Positions 25,640 to 38,100 of a DNA stretch of 64,000 bases are shown in pieces. The position numbers and the translations under genes are program-made. The first letter of the stretch is position 1. The number at the start of each line of letters is the position of its first letter. The stretch covers positions 24,304,001-24,368,000 of the forward strand of contig OX597838.1 in assembly GCA_951406725.2 (NCBI GenBank). The letters are read 5' to 3'. Origin of the DNA: Octopus vulgaris. Its lineage: Eukaryota. The notes beneath the pieces were generated by a model. The model saw only the letters and a list, made by a program, of their open reading frames with translations. It was not told where the DNA came from and ran no database searches.

Positions 25640-28600
25640 GATGATCTACAGCAAATATTCTGCCCAGTACCCAGATTTGCTTGTCAGTTGCTTGACCGTA
25701 ACTAGTTGAGCATGTCCCCTACAGGCACCTTGAGGGTTCCAATTAATTTGATCAACAGAACGTCTTCTCGTGAAATTAAAGTGAAAGTGGCTGAGTGCTC
25801 CACAGACATATGTATCTTCAACATAGTTTTCATGGAGATTCAGCATGATACAGAGTATGACAAAGCTGTCCCTTTAAAATATAGGTACTACTCACTCCTT
25901 GCCAGCTGAGTGGACTGGAGCAATGTGAAATAAAATGTTTTGCTCAGGAACTGAACTCATGACCCAAACACACTAACCACTAAGCCATGTGATGATAAGT
26001 GCATCTCTAGTCACAAGCAGGAGCAGTGGTGCAGTATCATAGCCATGTGTTGAGAGGAATTCTTTGGGGTTTGAATAATTCACCTTTGGAAACTTAGGTG
26101 TTTCATTCAACATCCTTAAACAAACCTTATTCAGGAGCCTTTTGAGTAGGATGGGCTACTTGACCTGAAGAAAATTCTAACTGGGCCCCATCTACAAGGT
26201 CATGCACTGTTTATCTTGATATGAGATGACCATGTTACACACACATGCCTGGTGTACCCTTATCAGATGGGTAGTCATGATGGGTATACTGGGCTTCATA
26301 TAATTTACCCCAATGTCACTTTGATGGCATGCACTGCTCTCTCACTCAATTATAATAATACTAAACTTTGCCAGATCAGATTGAGCCTCGTGCAGCCTTC
26401 TGGCTCACCAGTCCTCAGTCAAACCATCCAACCCATGCCAGCATGGCAAGCGGACGTTAAATGACGACGACAATGATGATGACTAATAATAATTGCTATT
26501 ATTATAATTAATATCGTCATAATCGTCTTCCTCCTCCTCATTATTATTATAGTTATTCTTAAGGTGGTAATCTGGCAGAACCATGGGTCAAAATGTTTAG
26601 TGGCATTTCGTCTGTCTTCACATTCAGAGTTCAAATTTCACTGACATTGACTTTGCTCATTGTAAAAATTAATGCTTGTTTTACTATAAGTATCAAAAGA
26701 ATACACTCGAAGTGATCATGACAAAAATGCAACAGGACTTTCTTGCCAACCTTATATATGTAAGCATTTTTATCATGTTACATAAATACTTACACACACC
26801 AATGAGTAAATAGGAAGCTAATGCCTTTATGAAACGCTCCTTCCAACATCAATTAAATCTATTCTATACTTTCAGAGATAGCATATTACTGCCCATCATT
26901 AACTGCCTGACCAGTTTCTTAGCTGGGTTTGCCATTTTCTCTGTGTTGGGGTTTATGTCATACAAGAAAGGTGTACCTCTTGACAAAGTCGTCGAAGATG
27001 GTAAGTATTAATTTTTATGGATTCATCATTGGTAACTGAAGCAAAACAGGAAATTTAGCGTTTTCTAATCTAATCGGATTATTTGTCTTTCAAGTGTTCA
27101 TTATTAACAAGGAAAATGTTCCCATGGAAATTGCATTCAATATTGCTTGTTGTCATTGGTAAACACAGAAACTGTAGGAAAAATTAGTGTGTGCAGGTAT
27201 GTGTATATATATATACATATATATATATTTATATACACACACATGAAGGCGCATGGCTCAGTGGTTAGAGCGTCGAGCTTACGATCGTGAGGTTGTGAGC
27301 TCGAATCCCGGACCGGGCTGCGTGTTGTGTTCTTGAGCAAGGCACTTTATTTCACGTTGCTCCAGTTCACTCAGCTGTAGAAATGAGTTGCGACGTCACT
27401 GGTGCCAAGCTGTATCGACCTTTGTCTTTCCCATGGATAACACTGGTGGCGTGGAGAGGGGAGGCTTGTATGCATGGGCGACTGCTGGTCTTCCATAAAC
27501 AACCTTGCCCGGACTTGTGTCTAGGAGGGTAACTTTCTAGGTGCAATCCCATGGTCATTCATGACTGAAGGGAGTCTTTACCCTTTTTATACACACACAT
27601 ATATATTTATATATACGCACACAAACACACACGTTTGCCACCACAACCTCGTTTAGGCTTAGCAGCCCTTCTTGTTTGTTTTCGCTGTCCTGTTTGTGTT
27701 ACCAATTTTGACCCTCCACAAAATTCCAAACTTTATTTAATTTGCTTTGCGGAAGTAACTGTTTTATTGAAAGCGTATATTGTTGTTAAATGCTTGAAAT
27801 ACGAGAGTAGAAAAACAGCCAACAACTGATGAACGGTCGTTCTTTATGTTATTTCTTTAATTATTATTTAATTTGCTTTGCGGAAGTAACTGTTTTATTG
27901 AAAGCGTATATTGTTGTTAAATGCTCGAAATACGAGAGTAGAAAAACAGCCAACAACTGATGAACGGTCGTTCTTTATGTTATTTCTTTAATTATTATTT
28001 AATTTGCTTTGCGGAAGTAACTGTTTTATTGAAAGCGTATATTGTTGTTAAATGCTCGAAATATGAGAGTAGAAAAACAGCCGAAAACTGATGAACGGTC
28101 GTTCTTTACGTTATTTCTCTTGGATTCCATTTGTGTCTTTCGTTGTTTGAAAAAATAGTTCATGTTCCATGTAGTCATACGCGGAATATGAACTATTTTT
28201 TCGAACAATGAAAGACACAAATGGGAAGGAGGACAAGTAACATAAAGAACGACCCTTCATCAGTTGTTGGCTGTTTTTATACTCTCGTATTTCAAGTGTG
28301 TGTGTGTGTGTGCATGTATATTATATATTAAAATATATACTTATATACACATTGTATGTATGCATGTGTGTGTGTGTGTATATATATATAGATCTGATAC
28401 ATAATATAATATCTAAAACAGGTCCTGGCTTAGCATTTGTGGTTTATCCTGAATGTCTTGGAAAAATGCCCCTTGCTTCATTATGGTCAGCATTGTTTTT
28501 CCTAATGATGTGGTCTTTGGGTGCTAGTAGTTTGGTAAGTAAACTTCTTTCTTCCTTCACTGTACCTGTGTAGTTGTTGTTGTTGTGATGGTGGAAATTT

Positions 28601-30825
28601 TTGTTGTTTTTAGTCCCAAGTCAGGCCCAGTCCAGCATATATATGATCAAAGCATTCTATTCTGATCATGTTTCACTTTTTTTTGCAGACAGTGAATTAC
28701 AATTAAGTAATAGATATGCTCTGTCTTATTCATTATAATAATAGGTTAAATAATTAGAAATTTGCTTGCTATTTCTAGCCAGTTGAGCGTTTGAGAATTT
28801 AAAAATCACTTCTTTAACTTTCTAAGACATCTCAATGTTTCTAAAGCAAACTTCGCTTGTATATTTATGTTCACCGTAATTTGAATTTATTATTATTGAG
28901 TGAGAGAGCAGTACATGCAATCAAGGTGATACTGGGGTAAAATATATGAAGCCCAGTATACCCATCATGACTACCCGTCTGATAAGTGTACGCTAGGCAC
29001 TTGCATGACAACCATGTGCGTGACATGGTGATCTCATATCAAGATAAACAGCACATGACCTCGCAGGTGGGGCCCAGTTAGAATTTTCTTCAGGTCAATG
29101 CTGCTCCACTGCTTCTGCTCATGATCAGAGATGCACATATTGGCAGTTACTAAGGGATATGCTCAACTGGTTAAGGTCAAACAACTGACAAGCAAATCTC
29201 TGGTATTGAGCAGAGTATTTGTTGTAACACATCTTCTTTTTCTTCTTATTTATTATTATTATCATTATTATTATTATTATTATTACTATTAAGGCAACAA
29301 GCTGGCAGAATCATTAGCAAGTCAGGTAAAATGCTTAGCAGCATTTCATTTATTTTTGTGTTCTGAGTTCAAATTCTGCTGAGGTTGGCTTTGATTTTCT
29401 TGCTTTCAGGGTTGATAAAATTGGTATCAGTTGAGCACAGGGGTCAACATAATCAAGTTACACACTCCCTTGAAATTGCTGGCCTTGTGTCCAAATTTGA
29501 AACCAAACCATTATTTTTATTATGGACATGTAGAATTTTTAGAGTGCCAGAAGAAATGCCTTGTGGTATTTGCTTTGCCACTTTGTGTTCCGAGTTGAAA
29601 TCCCAACAGAACCAAAGGTCCATAGAATGCAAAGACCTGCAAAGTAACAATGTTTCAGTGAGGTGCAGATATAGGAAATGTCAATGCTTGTTTCCCCTTC
29701 AAATTGAAAGCCCATGGAACAAAAAGACCAGCCAGATGACAATGCCCCAGCTTTATCTCTCTTCAAATCCTATGAAAACTGGGTCACCATCGTTAACCAA
29801 AATAACTTATGTCAACCAATTAAACCATGCTAAGTTAATAAGATTAATTAGGTTACTTATCTCATCCAGGTTAATTAAGTGATCAATTATGTTATCTGGG
29901 CAAAACTGTGGTAATTAAAATGATTCAATTGATTTCAGTCAATTAGGTCAACTTGATTGACACAGATTATCTTTGGTTTGTATATACATACACACACACA
30001 CACACATACTCAAAGACCATACACACACACACACTCAGCTTTCCCTGGGTACCATGTATGAAATTCTTACCAACACCCTTTCTACATATAAAACAGGGCC
30101 ACTTTCCTGAGAGAATTAAAGCTTTGTCTGCTTTCCTTCTTACTAGAATTTTGGTCTTTACCAAATTAATTTTTGCATGCATGCATACATACATGCACAC
30201 ATGCATAAGTTTATCATTTAAGTATACATGCACTTATCAAGACATGCAACTATATATGCACGGAAATATATACATAAAACAAAACGAGTGGCTGTGTGGT
30301 AAGTAGCTTGCTAACCAGCCACATGGTTCCGGGTTCAGTCCTACTGCGTGGCATCTTGGGCAAGTGTCTTCTGCTATAGCCCCGGGCCGACCAATGCCTT
30401 GTGAGTGGATTTGGTAGACGGAAACTGAAAGAAGCCCATCGTATATATATGTATATATATATGTATGTGTTTGTCCTCCTAGCATTGCTTGACAACCGAT
30501 GCTGGTGTGTTTATGTCCCCGTCACTTAGCGGTTCGGCAAAAGAGACCGATAGAATAAGTACTGGGCTTACAAAGAATAAGTCCCAGGGTCGATGTGCTC
30601 GACTAAAGGCGGTGCTCCAGCATGGCCGCAGTCAAATGACTGAAACAAGTAAAAAAAAAAAAATACAAATTTGCACATGCACTGACATCAAATACTGTGC
30701 ACATACACACATACATACAAAAATACTCTGTTGATGTTGAAACACCAATGAAGAGGCCTTGGATCTTGGTTAGAAACCGGCTCTTTCTCTATTTGCAAGA
30801 AATCTTGAAATAAAACTGAATAATG

Positions 30826-30876
<51 letters not shown>

Positions 30877-31745
30877 CAACAATTGAGGGTAAAATTAATT
30901 AATTATTAATCAATTTCACCAAGTGTTCAGTATGCAAAGGGACCATTTAAGGCGAATTCAAATTATTACATTATATAAAAGGGCTTAGTAAAATAAATTA
31001 CTTTGCCGCATACTGAACTCATTAGAAACAGCAGCTAAAAAACTTTTTTAAAGCTATTTCTAATACTTAAAGAAAATCTCTCTCATATAGTGCTTGCTTA
31101 ACTCAACCCACGAAAGTTTGGGGGTAAGGACATCAAAAAATCAAATGCAAAGGTTATTTGAGAACGTACGTTTCAAGATTAGTCAACACGACACTTCTAT
31201 CATCAGCTCAGAAACTCCTTGGTTTGGATTTGAAAACACTGAAAGTGAGAGCATACCCTTTCGGCTTCTCATCGCTTTCGAAGATCTGCTCGCAACTAAC
31301 AGTGCCAACAAACTCAAATATGCAAGCGAAGAATTTCTGTTCTCCCCTTTCCACCAGCGTGGGTTAAAATCATCAAACACTATGCTTATTTCGGTAAAAT
31401 CCGAAGCATTAATTAGAGGGAGATTAATTATAATTTCAACAATTGAGGGTAAAATTAATTAATTATTAATCAATTTCACCAAGTGTTCAGTATGCAAAGG
31501 GACCATTTAAGGCGAATTCAAATTATTACATTATATAAAAGGGCTTAGTAAAATAAATTACTTTGCCGCATACTGAACTCATTAGAAACAGCAGCTAAAA
31601 AACTTTTTTAAAGCTATTTCTAAAAGCAAGCACTATATGAGAGAGATTTTCTTTAAGTATTAGAAATAGCTTTAAAAACGTTTTTTAGCTGCTGTTTCTA
31701 ATGAGTTCAGTATGCGGCAAAGTAATTTATTTTACTAAGCCCTTT

Positions 31746-31776
<31 letters not shown>

Positions 31777-32128
31777 CAGACAGACATATAAGAGAAAGAG
31801 GACATCTATGGACCATTGATAAGGAGTTTGCAAATCTGGTACTCAAGATACACTTTCAGCTTCATACCTGTAATTATTGGAGCAACAGGATGCATACCAA
31901 CCCGCCTGGAGCAGCAAAGTATAGCTGAACTTGGGATCCTCAGGATAGAATGCAAATCCTTAATTCTTATGCTACAAATGGTCACGTAACCTGGGGCTAT
32001 AAAAATCTGCAAGATCTTCTTAAGATTTAAAGGATAATGCTTAAAACAAGATTCTGGCCTTCACAACTTTGATACCAAGTAGACAGTTGGCCAAAATTTA
32101 CTCAAAATTAGAAAGAGAAAAAGAACAT

Positions 32129-32159
<31 letters not shown>

Positions 32160-35100
32160 TGGTTGACAAAACTATGCCTTAAATTCTTATGTTCCATTTA
32201 TTTCCCAGAGAATTTACTGAAATTAATTCTTGAATAAATTCTTCAGTTCTCCCTGAGTGAAAATATTTTTACTGGCATCACAGATGACTATGCGAAAACT
32301 CTGCTGAAGTTCAGAAACTCGATGATCTTTCGGGTTACCATCATTCTGATTTGTTTTTGTTGTGGCCTGATCATGGTGACCAAGGTAAGATGTTTAATAA
32401 AACCTGATAATAATAATAATAATAACAACTGCCTGGGTACTAAAACAACAAAACAACAACAATAGTGGTAATTGCTGCTGTTGTTTAGCCCTGGGTCAAC
32501 CTTAATTGAGCAGACTTGTGATCAAAGATATTCCAGCCTAGTGGTTAGGGTAATGCACTTGCAATTAAACGATTGTGGTTTCAATTTTCACACCGGACAA
32601 TGCATTGTGTTCTTAAGCAAATAACTTCATTTCACATTGCTCCAGTTCACTCAGCTGTAAATGTGTGACCCTGTGATATATTTGTAACCTTTTCAGGTAA
32701 CTAGCCCTGTGAGTTCTAGAACAGTAATGTCCCAGGGACATCTATCTCTCTTTCTCCCTTCGGGTTGTGCTGCTTTTGTGGACTTGCATGACTCTCTCTC
32801 TCATCATCCAATTCCATCATTATGATTTTGAATTGGGAGTTTGAGTCATAATGAATCTTTCATTAGCTGACTACACAACCATGGATGCATTACAGTTATT
32901 CTCATGATAGAGCCTTGGTGATCCTGACCATTGATCTTCTGGGATTCCTCTGCTCAGCATCAATGTAAGAAAAACTACTGGCTCAGATGAGCTCTTCTGC
33001 TACATTTTCATAATCTGCCATGCTGCTTCTCATGGATTCCATTATTACAAATTTGAACTGGAATCTTGTGTCATAGTAAGTCTTTCAAATTTTGATGGAA
33101 GGTATTAATTTAGATCTCATTAGCACTTTTGAAGCCATATTTCTATTGAAGTACACTGCCTGTTTCAATTACGTCTTGAAAATAATGAAGAATTCTGTAA
33201 AATAACTTTGTCATTATTAAGATGTAATTTCAAAACAATTTTAATGAAAGTTCTTAATTAAGATCACTTTTACATTCTTGTTATATTTTCAACTGAATTT
33301 GTTTCGATTTTGAAAATATTTAAGAATCTAGTGAAATAACTTTGTCTTTATTAAGCTGTTATTTGGAACATAAATTAACAGGAAATTTTGATGGAATGTT
33401 TCAATGTAGATCACTTTGAAATAGAAACTTTGTATCATAGAACCAGAGACCATCTCGGGAGGGATTGTATCAAAAGGCTTAAGAAGGTGGGTTTTCTAGC
33501 AGGTTGAACAATAACTATGTAGAAGTTCATTTGTTGGCTCATGTTTAAATGGTATCAACGATAGATAACACTAACGACAGGTTGATAATTATATTAACCC
33601 TTTGTCATTTAAACCAGCCACATCCAGCTAAAATATGCTAACTGTTTTATGCTCAAACTGGCCAGATCTGGCCTCTCACACCTACCCTACAATATCATTC
33701 TAAAAATTAAGAGTTACCTTGTCAAAATCTCAAAGCTACAAGATAATGCATAATTAATTCAAAGCAATGCGAATAAATAAGCATTACATTTGACAGAATA
33801 ATGTAAATGCTAAAAGATTAAAGGTAGTAGTGGTGGTGGTGGTGGTGGTGGAGTTTGTGTTAATAGTAGTAGTTGTAGTAGTAGTAGTGGGAGGAGGAGG
33901 AGTCCCTTGATTTTATGTAGTTTTTAACATGTTTTTTTTCTTTTTCTATTTGTGTGTTTGTTTCTTTTTTTTATTAGTCTGGCTTGTATTGGTTGAACTT
34001 AATCGACAATTCCGTGGTTGGATTACCATTAATCATCATCGGATTCTTTGAGATTATTTCGTTCCAATGGATTTATGGTAAGTAAGAGGTTTTTATTTCT
34101 TCCTTTTTCTCTTGATTTATCAATTCAATAAAGCAGAGCAGGAAAGATGCGAATTGGCAGGGTCAGTAGAGCATCAGACAAAATATTTAGGACACAGAAC
34201 AGTATTTGTTACAAACCTCTGTACTGTGAGTTCAAATCCTGCCAAAGTAAACATCACTTTTCATCTTTTCTGAGAGTTAAAACAAAACAAAACAAGTACC
34301 AATCCAAGGTATAGAATTGACAGGACTATAAGAACGTTGGATTGTATACCTTGTGGTATTTTTCTGGCTCTTTGCATTCTGAGTTCAAATCCCACTGTGG
34401 CCTACCTGGCTGATAGACTTCAATCTATCATCCACTTTAATACTCCTATCTGGTACCTTGTATGATCTTAGTGGCATCCACGCTTGTTGCAAGTGTTCAG
34501 GCCAGGTCTTTAATTTGACGGTTTCTTTCTCCACCCCCTCCCTCCCTCCTACCTACCAGTCTTGAAAGGCCTGTTACTGGTCATGGGCGACTGATTTGCC
34601 GCCTGAACATCTTTTGTTTGTTTGTTCCCATCATTGGACTGCAACCATGTTGGGGCACCAACTTGAAGGGTTTTAGTCAAACAGATCTACCCCCCTCCCA
34701 CCGCCACCGGCCCCTGCCACCAGTACTTATTTCTTTACAGCTTGGACGTGTTCTGTCTGACTCTTTTGCTGAACTGCCAAGTTACAGGGATGTAAACAAA
34801 CCAACACTGGTATTGTCAGGCAGTGGGAGGGACAAACATCACACACACACACACACACGCGCGCCCACGCGTGAGGGGTGTCTTTACGTGTCATCTGTCT
34901 TTACATGTTCCGAATTCAAATTCCGCTGAGGTTGACTTTGCCTTTCAGTCTTTTAGGGGTCGATCTAATCGACTGGCTCCCTCTCACAAAATTTCGGGCC
35001 TTGTGCCAAGCGAAGAAAAGATTATCATCATTATCATTATCATCATCATTATTATTATTATTATTATTATGATTTTCTTTTGATTTTTTTTTCCCCTTCA

Positions 35101-38100
35101 TGTATCAGGCAACGTATCGAATGACATTTCTCTGATGTTAGAGACAAAAGCGTTTATGGTTATGAATCTTTGCTGCAAATTTGTCACACCTGTCATTATG
35201 TTCGTAAGTCACAGCTTTACTTCCTAGTGTTGTTGTTGTTGTTGTTGTTGATGTTGCTATTGTTGTTTACCCCAGGGTCATCTAAACAGCTCAATTATCT
35301 TACTTCACTCAATAAAGGATGGCTGACTGATTTTTTTTTATCACTTTGTTATTCCTGTGGTTTGTTTCTTTAACTGGTTTCAGTCATTGGATAGTGACCA
35401 TGTTGGGGCATCACCTCGAATGGTTTACTCCAGTGATTCTCAACCATTTTCTACCAACAGGTAGAAAAAGTAACTGTTAAAACCGAACTACACTAAGAAT
35501 AAATACAAAGGTAAAATTACTACCTGCTTTTATAGCAAGTTGATGCAGGTAGTTTATCCCATTGCCCCTCCGACTTTTAGTTTATGCAATTGAAAAAAAA
35601 CATTATTTATGGGATGACCCAATACATACATACAGACAGACAGACAGACATATACACACACACATACAGACAGACATATACACACACACAGACAGACATA
35701 TACACACACACATACAGACAGACATATACACACACACATACAGACATACATAACACACACACACACAGACATACATACACACACACACATACAGACAGAC
35801 ATACACACACACACACAGAGACACACACACACACACAGACATACATACATACATACATACATACATACATACGTACGTACGTATATAAATGTAGATTATG
35901 CCATATTTCTGTGGAAGGCATCACACAGGTGGTTAGCAGCTGCCCAAAAATGTCATGACATGACATTCTCGCAAAAACAATATACAATGCCTTTCAGATT
36001 AAAAAAGACTGTCTTGGAATAAATATAGAGCATCCCTCTGTCATTCAATACAAACACAAATATCAGCACATGGAATACTAGCAGAACACTCTTATCAAAA
36101 CATCTGACAAGTGTAAACATTACAGGCCGGATATTGTTGACTGGGGTCGATGTAATCAACTTACCCCCTCCCCCAAAATTTCAGACCTTGTGCCGCAGTT
36201 CAAGAATTTGGACCTGGAGATCTCCATTTCTAACGACTTCGAGGGCCACCTCCCAGTAGTGTTGGGCGTCAATGAAGAGCCCTCGACTACAAGACGACCA
36301 AAGTTTTTTTTCTTTTTTTTCCCCAAGGTCTGGGGGTCTCCCGCCCCGAAGCCCTAGACCATCACCTAATCATCCTTACCCGTCTTGTTGCTTAAAAGCA
36401 ACAACAGCCTTGTGCCTATAGTAAAAAGGATTATTTCAATGTCCACTTTCCCATGCTTGCATATCTTTTTATTCATCTATCCGTTTCTGTCTTTCATTTC
36501 AGTTGCTGATATTATTTAAGTTTGTGAAATTCCAGCCAATAACAATGGGTAGTTATGAGTACCCCATGTCTGCCCAAGTGATCGGATACCTCTTATCAGT
36601 CCTTTGTGTCATATCCATACCAGGATATTTTATATATTACTTACTCAGAAACTGCTCGGTTAGTTGGGATTCTTTTTTTAATGTTTTTTCCCCACCTTCC
36701 TTTGTCTCCTCTCCAACCTCTTCTCCTCCCAAATTTCCAGTTCTGTCTCCATTATTCCTTGTTTCCTCATTACCGATATCTAGGAATCACCCAGACTGGT
36801 ATTTTAAGCAAAAATAGATATCCTGAAGTCTGCCAGACGTCTCTGGGCAGCTCATCCAGATGTGAACAATACACATGGGCAAAAACATGGAGAGAGGGCT
36901 GATTTTATCTTGATAAGGTTTGACCTCATCCCATTGCAGTCACAAATTAATTTCATTGATTTTTGTATGTCCTGCTTGATGTTATTTACTTCGTCACACA
37001 TACACACAATTAAGCTGTTCAACAATAGTTTTGAAAAGGGAATAGAAACTTTCAGGCAGTTTCCCATTTCCATCCATCGAACTTCTGTATACAACAACAA
37101 CAATAATCCAAAATCTTTATCATTCTCAATGTAGAGCTGTGAAAACAAGGGGAACCGAGGGCATAGGCCTTGATTTTATTTACTATTTAAGTGATAAAGA
37201 TTTGTTAAGTCTGCCACTTACGTAATTTGCAGTGTAAGCAAACACACTCGGTAAAAGATTTTCAATAAACAGAGGAGACAGTGATGACAACCTTTACCAT
37301 CTATGGCGTTTTATTTAGCTCAAAAACGAAACATTGACAACTTTTCTGTATGTTTCTTGTTGTCTTACTTGAATCAAACGTTAATATTTGACGAAGCAAA
37401 TGAAAGCAAAAAACAAACTATCATTAACTAGTAGTATCGCCCGACGTTGCTCGGGTTTGTTTCGACCCTTTAGAATTGGAATTTTTGAAAAGTAAAGATT
37501 TTGCATTATGTAGCTTGATATTCTTTTCAAGTGAACATTTTTCTGGTTGAAATACACCAAAAAAAATGGCGACACGGCAGTCAAAAAATCGTAAAAAATA
37601 GGGATTTTCATAGAAAAAAAGCACCATTTTGATGTAAATAATTTTTGGTGTTAACATGGTCTGATTTGAATTTTATCTTCTACGGAATGAAGAGCAAGCC
37701 TTCTTCTATCATGCTCTCAATTTTGGTCAACTTGAGCTGCAGGGTCTCAGAGGAGACAGTGTCAGTCGAAGGCTACCAAACCTGCCACACACAGACGACT
37801 TCAGCTTTATATATAGAGATTGGTAAAAGGGACTCGTCTGTGGGCTATATTTGGTTGTTCTGTGCATGTTGCACAATATACTTTAAATGTTATAACATTC
37901 CACATTTTGAAACACATGTAATACGCATTTTTAGAGAAAAAAAATGTCGTACTTGAGCCTCTTTGTTCAAGGTAAAAAGCAAAGCACAAGAAAATGAGAA
38001 ATTCCGATTTATGCCTGATGGCTTTTCCAACTTTTACTCTGTAAAAATACAAATTACATGTTTCAAAATGTGGACGATGAAAAGTAAATAGAAAATAGAT

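Noticed and set aside
27245-27320. tRNA genes at SINE heads (also 57827 and 62432)
   Set aside because: A and B boxes are present but the cloverleaf is incomplete and each continues into a repeated SINE body.
31094-31462. 122-aa ORF between the direct repeats
   Set aside because: No recognizable RT or GIY-YIG motif and a non-ATG start; treated as part of the repeat element.
35554-35987. Long ORFs rich in VC/YI/HT/II (also 2670-2987, 42070-42504, 43163-43699, 44673-45341, 48995-49426)
   Set aside because: They are translations of microsatellites.
36659-36902. SLC6 C-terminus by read-through to 36817 or a nearby exon at 36741-36902
   Set aside because: Low-complexity and without family motifs, whereas exon 41343-41501 is in phase and has the PxxxWGP motif. 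A minor isoform cannot be excluded.
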